Source: Octopus sinensis (taxonomy: Eukaryota). From it: 64,000 nucleotides of DNA. The position numbers and the translations under genes are program-made. Shown here piece by piece: positions 41,477 through 54,130 of this stretch; position 1 is the first letter of the stretch, and each line of letters starts with the position of its first letter. The notes beneath the pieces were generated by a model. It saw only the letters and a program-made list of their open reading frames with translations, was not told the DNA's origin and did not search any database. The stretch covers positions 73,346,001 to 73,410,000 of the forward strand of contig NC_043007.1 in assembly GCF_006345805.1 (NCBI RefSeq), given 5' to 3'.

Positions 41477-41522
<46 letters not shown>

Positions 41523-41560
41523 CTATATATATATATATATGTATATATTATCGCATATAT

Positions 41561-41594
<34 letters not shown>

Positions 41595-41642
41595 TGTATA
41601 TATCATATATATATATATATATAGATATATATATAATATATA

Positions 41643-41679
<37 letters not shown>

Positions 41680-42002
41680 CTATTATATAATATAATTTAT
41701 ATTTATTAATATCTATATGTTATATCTTATATATCATATAATATAATATATATATATATATGCTATATATACATATATATATCATGTCTATATATATATA
41801 CATATTATATATCTCTATATATATTATGTCTTATACATATATCTATATATATTATATATATCCATCTATAATATATAATATCTAGGTATATATATATATA
41901 TACAAATATATATATATATAATGTTATATATATATATAAATATATCTATCTTGTATATATCTATACATCTATATGTATATATATATCCATTATATATATA
42001 TG

Positions 42003-42039
<37 letters not shown>

Positions 42040-42675
42040 GTATAATATATATACTATATTATATATGTAATATATATCCATATATATATATTATTCTATA
42101 TGTATATATCTATACCTATATATCTATATGTATATATATATACATATATTATATATAATTGTATATATATCTCCTATATATATATGTTATCTCTATTATG
42201 TATATATATATACATATCTCTATATACCTATATATATTATATGTATATATATCTACCTATATATATATATGTCATATATCTATACATTATATCTATATAT
42301 GTCTATATATATTACATATCTATATATATATATATATAATACTTATATATTATATCTATATATAGATATATATCTATATACATATCTATCATTGCATATT
42401 TATATGCATATATATGTATATACATAGATGTATATATACATAGATATCTATATATGTATATATATACATATATATATGTACTATATATATATATATGCAT
42501 ATATATACATATATATATATATACATTATATATATATGCATATGTATATATGCAATATATATATATATACCTTATATATATATATAATATATATATATAC
42601 ACATACATATATATATACATCTATATATATATATATACATATATATTACATATATATATATATATATATCTATAT

Positions 42676-42735
<60 letters not shown>
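41420..42735. repeat. Degenerate (TA)n tract, about 1.3 kb
   Basis: Direct reading. Confidence 0.95.
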
Positions 42736-42740
<5 letters not shown>

Positions 42741-43343
42741 TCACACACGTATATTTATAACGTAAAAGTACGTCAAAAGGCTTATGAAGAACTGCTACGA
42801 ACTTTCGCTTTCCTGTGTTTTTGCTGCTTATCTACTTCATACTCATTTTGGTATAACTAATTTATAGCTCCTAACTACTTTGATGGCACTAACAACCGCC
42901 TGTCGATACACGCATGCACACACACACACACACACACACACACACCACACATTCACAGTGTGAATGGAAGAGTCAGTGAGTAAAAATCAACAAGAAAGAT
43001 TTTACTTGGTCTTTCGATCTGCTAGCAATAGCAGTCAAATCTACTGTCTTAAAAAACCGATACACAAGACAATTTGATACTAAATACAGTGTCTTAAAAG
43101 GCAGATAGGCTGGTTGTAGTTGAAATATATATGCCTGTTCGATTCGAGCTAACTTGGTTTAAACAGTAACAAGGGATCAGATTTAAAGTAAACTGAAGCC
43201 TATGATAGCTAAATTGATGTTATCATAATTAAATCGAGTGGAGACTTATACAATTTTTAAATAGTATAATTAGGTAATAAAAGAATAGTAATAGTATCAA
43301 TGACTAACATTATTTTAAGGATTTCAATAAATACGGGAGACAA

Positions 43344-43385
43344 CCCCGGACATGTTTCGATGTTATAATGATCTCGTCAGCAAAA
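43344..43385 (-). ncRNA. Minimal type I hammerhead motif
   Basis: Minus strand TTTTG-CTGACGA-GAT..ATC-GAAA-CATG-TC-CGGGG; GUC site; stem I mostly G.U. Confidence 0.6.
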
Positions 43386-44923
43386 CAGACTTCACTGTAT
43401 TTTCTGAAATAAACGAGTAACAATCAGTAATAAATATAACACTATGTTATACCTACATATGTTTTGTCCCCTCATGTAGGACAGTCATGGTCTACGACAG
43501 GGGAACAGCCACCAGGTGCATTAATGTCTCATGTATATATATATATATATATAATAATATTAGGGAGCATAACTCCAAACTTACAGGGAAAAATTCAATT
43601 TAGTATTAAATCAAATTTCACAATATAAATATATAATATATATAAATTAGAGAAAAACCACTATTGTGCAATTCAAACAATGATAGGTATAAACCAAATC
43701 ATACATAAATAAAAAAGATAAAATATATTTTAAAACATATAATTAGATCACAAAAATTACAATAATGAATAAACAATATATAATTAAAAAAACTACGTAT
43801 GTTTCATGGCTATAATTAAATTTGAATTACAATTAAATTTAAATTTAATCAAAAAACAATTCAATTTAAAATTATAGTCACTCTTTGGGTTAACAATAAT
43901 AGTTAAATGAATAAGCAAATAGAGTTAAATATTGATTTATTAAAAAAATAAAATAATGATTTTTCTTATAGAAGAAACTCCATTAACTAAATTTGAAACT
44001 TTAGACATTAGGACCAGTTGCCTACAATACATTTATTATGTTAAATATTTAAGGTAAAAAAATAGAGTAAATAGAAAGAAAAATGTATTTATCTGTGAAG
44101 ATATAATTTAGCTTTAATAAAAAACATTAATAAACTATAGAATATCTTTAACCTAATTATACTCTAATATTTAATTACCAAACTATTTTACAAAACAATC
44201 ACTCATAATATTTTTAGAGTTTAGTCCACATATAATAATTATAAAATAATAAATTTATAAAAATAAGTATCTAAATTATAATCAACAAATATAGTAATTA
44301 AAAATCCATATTTTTTCTATCAATAAACATATAAACAATAAATGAATTAGTCCATTATTACTTACATAAATATTATAGGTAATTTTTGAAAATATTTATG
44401 AAATAAGAAATGAAAAATTCCAAAGCTAAAAACGTACAACTTATCACTTATAAAATACTTATTATTATTAAATGTAATAGTACTAGAAATATAATAAGAA
44501 CTTTTAGTTAAATTAAAACATTTTTACTATCTAAATCACAAAGTGACTAACTAATATTTTAAAATTTACGTTCAGATATAATAATTATAAAATAATAATA
44601 ATTAAATAAATGTACATATCTAAATTACCATTAACAAATACATTATATATACACTGTATATTTAGTATCTTATATATATATGTATATATATATATATATA
44701 TATATAGATCAATAAATGGTGGGGTTGTGTTGACCGCACGTGGAGAAATGATAAGCAAGGAAAAATTGTAAAAATGCAGAATGCTAAATTGAAAGAAAAT
44801 TTTAATGAAATGAGAAATTGATAAAATATATAATATATATTTATTCAAACCGGTTTTCGTCATAGTGTGACTTATCAAGAATAGTTAGGTAAAAAAGTTT
44901 TTTTAAAAACTTTTTTACCTAAC

Positions 44924-44965
44924 TATTCTTGATAAGTCACACTATGACGAAAACCGGTTTGAATA
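44924..44965 (+). ncRNA. Hammerhead motif with U3-A8 core variant (mirror copy on the minus strand at 44842-44883)
   Basis: TATTC-TTGATAA-GTCA.CACTA.TGAC-GAAA-ACCGGT-TT-GAATA. Confidence 0.6.
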
Positions 44966-45156
44966 AATATATATTTATATATTTTATCAATTTCTCATTT
45001 CATTAAAATTTTCTTTCAGTTTAGCATTCTGCATTTTTACAATTTTTCCTTGCTTATATATATATATATATATATATTTTAAAGAATATATTTATATTTT
45101 AAAAGATTATTTACGTATATTTATTAATTAATTATTGTATTATTGTAGTTTATTTT

Positions 45157-45260
45157 TAACCTGATGAGTGGCTATATCTATATCGAAGTGATTTTACTAC
45201 TACTATTAATTTTTTTACTATAATCATTTCTTAAATATAGCCACGAAACACGTGTCGTTA
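45157..45260 (+). ncRNA. Type I hammerhead ribozyme, canonical core
   Basis: TAAC-CTGATGA-GTGGCTATAT..ATATAGCCAC-GAAA-CACGTG-TC-GTTA; GUC site after 45256. Confidence 0.8.
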
Positions 45261-45719
45261 TTCTACCAAATATATACATTCTTATTATTATTTTGCAATT
45301 TACTTAATCATCGGTATATTATTGTTATTTTATTTTTAATATTTCTATTATATGTAATTTTCTAGATGGTGTAATTTAATTGTTCATTTTGAATTGATAA
45401 AAGGTGTTTTTTTTCTAATTTTCATATATATATATTATATTTTGTGAAATTTGATTTAGTATTTCTAAACTGAATTTTTCCCTGTAAGTTAGGAATAATA
45501 TTCCCTCAAATTATTATTATATATACATATATATATATATGTATCATCATCATCATCGTTTAACGTCGTTGTTTCCCGCTAGCACGGGTTGGACGGTTTC
45601 GACCGGGGTCTGGGGAGCTAGGGACTGCCCCAGGCTCCAGTCTAGTCTGGCAGTGTTTCTACAGCTAGATGCCCTTCTAACGCCAACCACTCCGCGAGTG
45701 TAGTGGGTGTTTTTTTTAC

Positions 45720-45822
<103 letters not shown>

Positions 45823-46246
45823 ATACACACATACATACATATATGTGTATATATATATATAATACATACATAAATAATATACTTATATATATATATGTAT
45901 AATATATATATATATATATTATATATATATAATATATATATATATATTTATACATATGTATATGCATATATATATATATATAAGTAGTTGAATGAATTAT
46001 CTTAGTATGGAAATTCGGTTAACCGATACCTGGGTAGAAAATTCACGTCAGAAAAACACGGTTGAAGCTACATGCCAAGGGCAGAGATCACGTGCTTTCG
46101 TGTTGAAATTTGTGTGTTTTTTTAATACAAATAAATGAAAGAATGGAGTTGAACGACGATTTAACAAAATTCCTTCATTTTGTTAAATCGTCGTTCAACT
46201 CCATTCTTTCATTTATTTGTATATATATATATATATATATATATAT

Positions 46247-46640
46247 ACTAGCAGTATCGCTCGGCGTTGCTCTGGTTTGTTTCGACCTGCTGGAATTGGA
46301 ATTTTTGAAAAGTAAAAATTTTGCATTATGTAGCTTGTTATTCTCTTCAAGTGAACATTTTTCTGGTTGAAATACACCGAAAAGTGGCGACACAGTGGTG
46401 AAAAAATCGTAAAAAATAGGGATTTTCATAGAAAAAAGTACCTTTTTGATGTAAATAATTTTGGGTGATAACATGGTCCGATTTGAATTTTGTCTTCTAC
46501 GGAAGGAAGAGCAACCCTTCTTCTATCATACTCTCAATTTTGGTCAACTTGCGCCGCAGGGTCTCGGAGGAGATAGTGTTAGTTGAAGGCTACCAAACCT
46601 GGCGTACACAGACAACTTCAGCTTTATATAGAGAGAGATA
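46247..46640 (+). mobile_element. Non-autonomous Helentron/Helitron-like element
   Basis: ACTAGCAGTATCGCTCGGCGTTGCTC 5' end, CACAGACAACTTCAGCTTTATATA 3' end, next to (TA)n. Confidence 0.55.
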
Positions 46641-46755
46641 ACAACACAAACATTAATACACATACACACACACACACATGTATGTATGTATGGATGTATT
46701 TATGTTTATATGTACATCTGTCCACTTCTTGCCATATTTTTATCGTTCACTTCCT

Positions 46756-46880
46756 ACACACACACACACACACACATACAACACTGACAGACACACACAC
46801 AGACACACACAGACACACACCCATACACACACACACCACACACACACACACACACATACACACTGACAGACACACACACA

Positions 46881-46937
<57 letters not shown>
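46756..46937. repeat. (CA)n compound microsatellite
   Basis: Direct reading. Confidence 0.95.
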
Positions 46938-46939
<2 letters not shown>

Positions 46940-47029
46940 TCTTAGCTTACAATTTCTTTCTTTCAACAATTGACAAATTAATACTATGAAAACTTAGCGA
47001 TGAGTAAAGCATTTGAAATGAGAGAGGGA

Positions 47030-47410
47030 AATCGTAAAATATTAAGTTTTCTCGAATTTTTGCTTAATTGGGGGTCAAATTGAAAGAAATTTATATGCCA
47101 TGACCGAATGGAATGTACTTCGAAAAATCCTAGGTAAATTCCAATTGAAGAAATTGGGTGAGAAGTAAATCATTATGTTTTTATTTGTTTCTGTTTCCTG
47201 TGTATTTTTTTTGAGTAGTGGTTGAAGGTACACTTGCAAAGAGAAAGTAGGAGAAAGTGTGGCAATAATCGGAGTGAAGGCAAATCGTAAAATATTTAGT
47301 TTTCTCGAATTTTTGCTTAATTGGGGATCAAATTGAAAAAAATTTATATGCCATGACCCAATGGGATGTACTTCGAAAAATCATAGGTAAATTCCAATTG
47401 AAGAAATTCT
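47030..47410. repeat. Direct duplication of about 125 bp, offset about 253 bp
   Basis: AATCGTAAAATATT.AGTTTTCTCGAATTTTTGC...GAAGAAATT near 47030 and 47283. Confidence 0.85.
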
Positions 47411-47489
47411 ATATTGTACAATTGTATTAAAAAGAATCATAGTCACAGGCAGAGAAAATCTGCCTTTTATCATAAGAGATATATATATA

Positions 47490-47705
47490 TAGATGTAGGG
47501 GTTTTTAAATCAAAGCTGGACCTCTTCCTGTCGAAAGTCCCAGATAAACCTACCTCATGGCAAGAGGTGCAAATGAGGGTAGCTATATCAAACTCCATTC
47601 TTCACCAAGTGCCACATATTAGAAGAGGCTCTTAGTAATAACAGTGTGGCACAAAACGGCGGTGCATCAACTTGGCCGCAGCTCTGAGCCAAAACTAAAA
47701 AAATA
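47490..47705 (+). mobile_element. CR1/L2-like LINE 3' end
   Basis: DVGVFKSKLDLFLSKVPDKPT...SNSILHQ; GGCGGTGC..CA.C.TGGCCGCAGCTC tail. Confidence 0.65.
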
Positions 47706-47734
47706 AAATATATATGTATGTATATATAGAGTAA

Positions 47735-48510
47735 AAGGTAGACTCTATGACGTATGTGTATGAACAGCCATACTACATGACAGTGAAACATGGGCTGTGA
47801 CTGCTGAGGACATGCGTAAGCTTGCAAGCAACGAAGCCAGTATGCTATGCTGGATGTGTAATGTCAGTGTGCATACTCAACAGAGTGTAAATGCGTTGAG
47901 AGAAAAGTTGGACCTAAGAAGCATCAGATGTGGTGTGCAAGAGAGACGACTGCGCTGGTATGGTCATGTGGTGAGAATGGATGAGGATAGTTGGGTGTAA
48001 AAGTGTCACACCTTAGTGGTTGAGGGAGCCTGCAGAAGAGGTAGACCCAGGAAGACCTGGGATGAGGTGGTGAAGCATGACCTTCGAACATTAGGCCTCA
48101 CTGAGGCAATGACTAGTGACCAAGGCCTTTGGAAATATGCTGTGCTTGAGAAGACCCGGCAAGCCAAGTGAGACCATAACCCATGGCCTATGCCAGTGGT
48201 GTAAGCAGCCCACTTATGGCCAATCCCTGATCAACTTCTTTAAGTTTTACTTGTAAAACAAAATAAGAGTAGAGAGAGAAGTGTTTTCTTCTAGCCAGTT
48301 AGCTGAAAGCTGGATGAAAGTGGCAAGAATGGTGTGAGTGAGCATATGCCTGCAGTTGGAGAAAAGGAAATAAAAAGGGCATCCAGCTGTAGAAACGCTG
48401 CCAGATCAGGTTGGAGCCTGGTGCAGTCATCTGGTTCATCAGTCTTCAGTCAAATTATCCAACCCATGCTAGCATGGAAAGCGGACGTTAAATGATGATG
48501 ATGATGATGA
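47735..48510 (+). mobile_element. RTE-clade LINE 3' fragment (same family as 16378-18156)
   Basis: SETWAVT...RRLRWYGHVVRM...RGRPRKTW; 3' tail CCAACCCATGCTAGCATGGAAAGCGGACGTTAAA(TGA)n. Confidence 0.85.
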
Positions 48511-49046
48511 TTTCAATTAATCATGCATTATTTTGTAGCTTCAAAATGTTGATGATGTGATTTTTTTATTTTATTATGGCATTGAAGAGTAAGTGTGATA
48601 GGCTGGATCTAGCTGGTTAGAGCATAACACTACACATCTGGACCAGATATGACTGGTTTAAATGCTAAACTATTAAAGTGTTCACCAAAAATTATAGATT
48701 ACTGAAACTATATTTATTACCAAGAGATTGAAATGCAACATTTCTCAGCCCTGACATACAAAATGACCAAATACATTCCTTATCAGTTTGGGTTTTATAG
48801 AAGATAAGAGCAGAAATCAAGTTGATTAAGTATTTTGCATTAATTGTTACTGTACTATTGACATCAGCAAAACTGATCAATGTTTTTTTTTATCTTTGCA
48901 ATGTGACAACACACTGTGATACAGTGAAATGACTTTTTTTACAATTCAGTGGATTAACTGGAGCAAAGGGTGAAAAATTTTATTCAGCATTCTTCTTCCA
49001 GCAATTAAAAATGCAGTACCATTAATAACTGTGTGTATCAGTTATA

Positions 49047-49437
49047 GGCGCAGGAGTGGCTGTGTGGTAAGTAGCTTGTCTACCAACCACATGGCTCCGG
49101 GTTCAGTTCCACTGTGTGGCACCTTGGGAAAGTATCTTCTACTATAGCCTCGGGCCGACCAAAGCCTTGTGAGTGGATTTGGTAGACGGAAACTGAAAGA
49201 AGCCCGTCGTATATATGTAAGTGCGTGTATGTTTGTGTGTCTGTGTTTGTCCCCCTAGCATTGCTTGACAACCGATGCTGGTGTGTTTATGTCCCCGTCA
49301 CTTAGCGGTTCGGCAAAAGAGACTGATAGAATAAGTACTGGGCTTACAAAAGAATAAGTCCCGGGGTCGAGTTGCTCGACTAAAGGTGGTGCTCCAGCAT
49401 GGCTGCAGTCAAATGACTGAAACAAGTAAAGTAAAAA
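49047..49437 (+). mobile_element. tRNA-derived SINE family A, near full length
   Basis: GGCGCAGGAGTGGCTGTGTGGTAAG head through GACTGAAACAAGTAAAG tail. Confidence 0.88.
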
Positions 49438-50259
49438 GAGTAACAATTTGTCAGCCTTATGTGGTGCCTGCGAGAGATTCGAAATAAAGGCCCCTACCTT
49501 CTCTTCACTCAGATGGAGACCCTTCAGCGGTAATGGATCCTTCAACACAGCCCGACCCGAACGCTAGAAATAGCAGCTGCTTCTCCCAACCTTAACAACG
49601 TGCTGACCCTGTCTTGCTCGCTTGGTGACCTGCCTCGAAAAAGGCAAATCTTGCCCTGCCTGCGCGTGCGTCACTGCTGCCTCTTCCAGTCAGCTCCCCA
49701 GCTGCTGACATCATCCCACAACGCCATGTAGGGTGAAATATTTGGTCCCAAAACAAAAATTAGGGAAGTTGCTTTAAATGCTTTCTTTACTAACTGCTAT
49801 TTTAAAATTTTATGTAGTATTAAATATCCACTCGTCTTCATATCAAGTTGTTTTTTGTAACTTTAGAAAGTGCCTACACATATTTTTTACCGGTTTACCT
49901 TGTCTTTTATATTCATTTCAAATTTTAGCAAGGTGAAGGCATGTGACCTAGCGGTTAGGGTTTTGTACTTACAATCATTAGGTCATGGGTTCAATCCCTG
50001 GAACATTCAGACCCTTAAGTTTTCAAGCAAAACACTTCATTTCACATTGCTCCAGTCCACTCAGTTGTAAATAAGTAATCCTGTGATGGACTAGCCTTCT
50101 GATCAGGGCTTGCTCACCTAGCCAGTGGGGGTGGCATCACTCAGCATGTTAATGATTCTGCCAGCTCACTACCTTATATCATCTTTCGCATTGAAAAAAG
50201 AACAATGCAATCAGATCAAATCTTTTATACTGACTCTAAAGAATCTTAGTGATATTACG

Positions 50260-50540
50260 GGAAGCTTTATGAAAATAGACAAAAGACGAAGGCAGGTTTA
50301 CGGAAATAAACAAAAGATGAAGGCAGGTGGAATACAAACAAACAATTGTATTAGTATGGCGCTCAGGAAATATAAATAAAACAAGTCTTTAACGTTTCGA
50401 GCCTACGCTCTTCAACAGAAAGATACACAGAGAAAAAACACAGAAAGAAGGAGAGAAAAAAAATGCGTGCAGAGGCTAGCGACTCAACATGGCGATCTGA
50501 TTTCGGCCAGAAGTCAAAGATCAAACGTGAGACGCAAGAG
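50260..50540 (-). mobile_element. Penelope-like pseudo-LTR fragment with a hammerhead-like motif (50386-50423)
   Basis: Minus strand TCTTT-CTGTTGAA-GAGC.GTAG.GCTC-GAAA-CG-TT-AAAGA, pyrimidine-rich flanks. Confidence 0.55.
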
Positions 50541-53326
50541 CGAAATTAGTGATATTAGTTGGATATCCAGAAAGTCAGCAGCAAAAGCTGTTGTTGTTCT
50601 ACAAAGAATTTGGGGTGATGAGATAGAGAATGATACTTTTAAGCAGCTCATTAGAGTAAAAATATAAATTGAAAACAGTACTAATGAATTCTTAGTTATT
50701 CTTACATTCTGGAATTAACTGATAGTGAAGGCTTTTAATTTATCTCCATTTTTACAGGAAAATAATCTAGATGTGGAAGCAGCTTCTTGTTTGATTCCGC
50801 TTTTTTGGAAAAGATATGAAAAATATACAAAATGAGTAGGATTCAATTCAAACGGATTGAAAATGAAGTGACTGAGTTGGCTCAAGAATGTGATATTGAT
50901 ACAGAAAACATAAAGCAGAGAGAATGTAAAAATGAAATATTCCATGATGAAGTTTCAGAAGATAAAGGAATATTTGACACTAAAAAGAAATCCATGATTG
51001 AATCCTATTACTTGATATCATCCCTAATGATATCAAGTATATGTCTTGATATCTAGAACTAACTGAGAGTTTCATTCAATACAAAGAAATAGTTAGCACT
51101 TTCATGAAGGCAACTGCAAAAGTTAAGAAACTGGTTGTCATCATCACCCACACCATCACCTTCATCATCATCAGCATCATCATTAACATCATCATCATCA
51201 TCATTTCTGGCATGGTTTCTCTGGTTGGATGCCCTTCCTAACATTAGACATTTTATAGAGTGTACTGGGTGCTTCTTATGTGACACAAACACTGGTATTG
51301 ATTCTACTGTGGTGGATAGATCTCCTTGAGTACAACAAAGCACCAGATATCTCAGTCCTTTGTCATCTCCTTGATAGGGCTCAGTTTCTTGAGGTTGGCC
51401 TTCAATACTTCATCCCATGTCTTCCTGGATCTCCTTCTTCCATTTAAGTTCATCATCATTAATGGGATGTGATCCTTTATTTCTAACTTGTTCACATTGT
51501 GCCACATTTTGTTTTTTGACCTTACTAATATCTAATGCAAACCTTACTAATATCTATCTTCAATCAGCTGTGATGCATCAAGTCTGGGTTAGATTTGCTT
51601 GCCATTAAAGGAGATTTGGCTAATGAGGTGAGTTATTTAAATGTAATGTATCTTTTAACTTTTACTTGTTTCAGTCATTAGACTGTGGCCATGCTGGGGC
51701 ACCACCTTGAATTTTTAGTCAACTGAATCACCTCCCATACTCATTTTTTTTATAAAGCTTGGTACTTATTTTATTAGCCTCTTTTGCTGAACTACTAAGT
51801 TACAAGGATGCAAACACACTAACACCAGTTATCAAACAGTGATGGGGAAGAAACATAGACACACACACACAGAGATATGTATGCATACATACAATGGGCT
51901 ACTTTCAGTTTCTGTCTAACAAATCCACTCACAAGGCTTTGTTCAGCCTGGGGCTATAGTTGAAGACTTTTGCCCAAGGTGCGAAACAGTGGGGCTGTAC
52001 CCAGGGCCATGTGGTGGGGAAACAAACTTCTTAATACACAGCTACGCTGAATTGACAGTATTGCCCTGACTGGCCTCGTGCCGGTGGCACGTAAAAAGCA
52101 CCATCCGTCCGTGGCCGTTGCCAGCCTCGCCTGGCCCTCGTGCCGGTGGCACATAAAAAGCACCATCCGTTCGTGGCCGTTTGCCAGCTCTGTCTGGCAC
52201 CTGTGCGGGTGGCACGTAGAAAGCACCCACTACACTCACAGAGTGGTTGGCATTAAGAAGGGCATCCAGCCGTAGAAACACTGCCAGATTTGACTGGGCC
52301 TGATGAAGCCTTCTGGCTTCACAGACCCCAGTAGAACCGTCCAACCCATGCTAGCATGGAAAACGGATGCTAAACGATGATGATGATGATGATGATGATG
52401 ATGAAGCTTCAACGAAAGAAACCATTTGTAGGTCCTTCTTGCCCTTTTCACACAGCTTCATTTTGTTGTCGTTTTATGTTAAAAATTAAGCCAAAAGCCA
52501 TGAACTTTTGTACTTGACTAGTACTTTATTTCATTGATTCTGGAGCTATGGAGTTGATTTTGGTAGGATTTGAACTCAGAAATATAAAGAGTTGAAATAT
52601 AGCACAAGAAATATTTTCCTGATGCTCTACCAATTCTAGAGCAGATGTCTAGTTAATACCACCAATACCAGTACTTGACTAACATTCACTGTTTTTGCTA
52701 GTTATTACCTTGATAATTATAATGATTTTTAACATTGGCACCGAGCCCTACATTTTTAGCATTATGGTCCATGATTATAGAGTTGAGCAAATAAGATAAT
52801 AATTATTAAACCAATATCACATTTACTAGTTTATGTTAATTAGTAGAGAGAGAGAGAGAGAACTCAGCAAAATAACATTTGCTCTACAATGTTTGGTCAG
52901 ACTTTATAACTAAAGAGAGCAACAAGAACAGTCTAAAGTTCTAAACATTATTTGTAACTGTCTGGAATAGAGTTCAGAAATGTATATATGTATGTGTATG
53001 AATGTATGTGTGTGTGTACATTTGTGTGTTATTATATATTTATATATGTATATATTTATATACATATAAAAATATATATTATACGTATAATATATACACA
53101 CACATTTTATATGTATGTGGGTATGTGTATATATATATGTGTGTGTGTATCACACATACACACATGCACACAGACACACACACACACACACACAAACATA
53201 TACATCTCACTACATGTTGCCCATTAGCGAGTTGTTTCATGGCTAGTGTCCAAAAGTGTGAATCTATTGTTAAACATTCTAAAAATAATGTATGAAGTTC
53301 TTAAGAGAGAGGGGGGTGGAGAGGGG

Positions 53327-53381
<55 letters not shown>

Positions 53382-53527
53382 GCCCTGCAACTTCAGAATC
53401 CTCCTGAAGATCATAACAGGGGTGTTTGTGGAAAAAAGTTAATGAGGGCTACAGCACAGCCAAAACCTTCAGGCTGAAACATATAAAAGAATAAAACAAA
53501 TGACTTATATGGTCAGTATTTATAATA

Positions 53528-54130
53528 GGTGAAGGCATGTGACCTAGTGGTTAGGGTTTTGCACTTACAATCATTAGGTAATGGGTTCAATTCCTGGAAC
53601 ATTCAGACCCTTAAGTTCTTGAGCAAAACACTTCATTTCACATTGCTCCAGTCCAGTCAGTTGTAAATGAGTAATCCTGTGATGGACTAGGCTTCTGTTT
53701 GTTCCTTCTCGAGCCATGCCTGGCTCATAAGGTCCGGTTTTCTGGTTTCCTTGGCTTATAGGTTCCCCACCTGGACGGGACGCTGGTCCGTCGCAGGTGA
53801 GCTGCAAGATGCAGGAGGAAAGAAAGAGAAAGTTGTGGCAAAAGAGTCAACAGAAGTTCGCCATTACCTTCTGCCGAAGCTGTATGGAGCTTAGGTGTTT
53901 TGCTCATAAACACACACGTCGCCCAGTCTGAGATTCGAACCCACAATCCCTTGACTGCGAGTCCACTGCTCTAACCACTAGGCCATGTGCTTCCACTACT
54001 AGCCTTCTGATCAGGGCTTGCTCGCCTAGCTAGTGGGGGTGGCATCATTCAAAAGATGAAACAATGCAAATAAGTGCACTGTGACCAGTGATGTATAACA
54101 ACATCCAATAGTCCAGTTGAAAACATGATC
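53528..54130 (+). mobile_element. tRNA-derived SINE family C with a nested insertion (other copies 34075-34360, 49931-50140)
   Basis: GAAGGCATGTGACCTAGTGGTTAGGG head, GGGTTCAA B-box, AAAACACTTCATTTCACATTGCTCCAG body. Confidence 0.8.
53698..53997 (-). mobile_element. tRNA-derived SINE family D nested in family C
   Basis: Minus-strand TGGCCTAGTGGTTAGAGC...GGGTTCGAATC; 12-bp TSD ACTAG(G/C)CTTCTG at 53686-53697 and 53998-54009. Confidence 0.82.

Noticed and set aside
53925-53997. tRNA gene
   Set aside because: tRNA-like head continues into a SINE body bounded by a TSD; no proper acceptor stem
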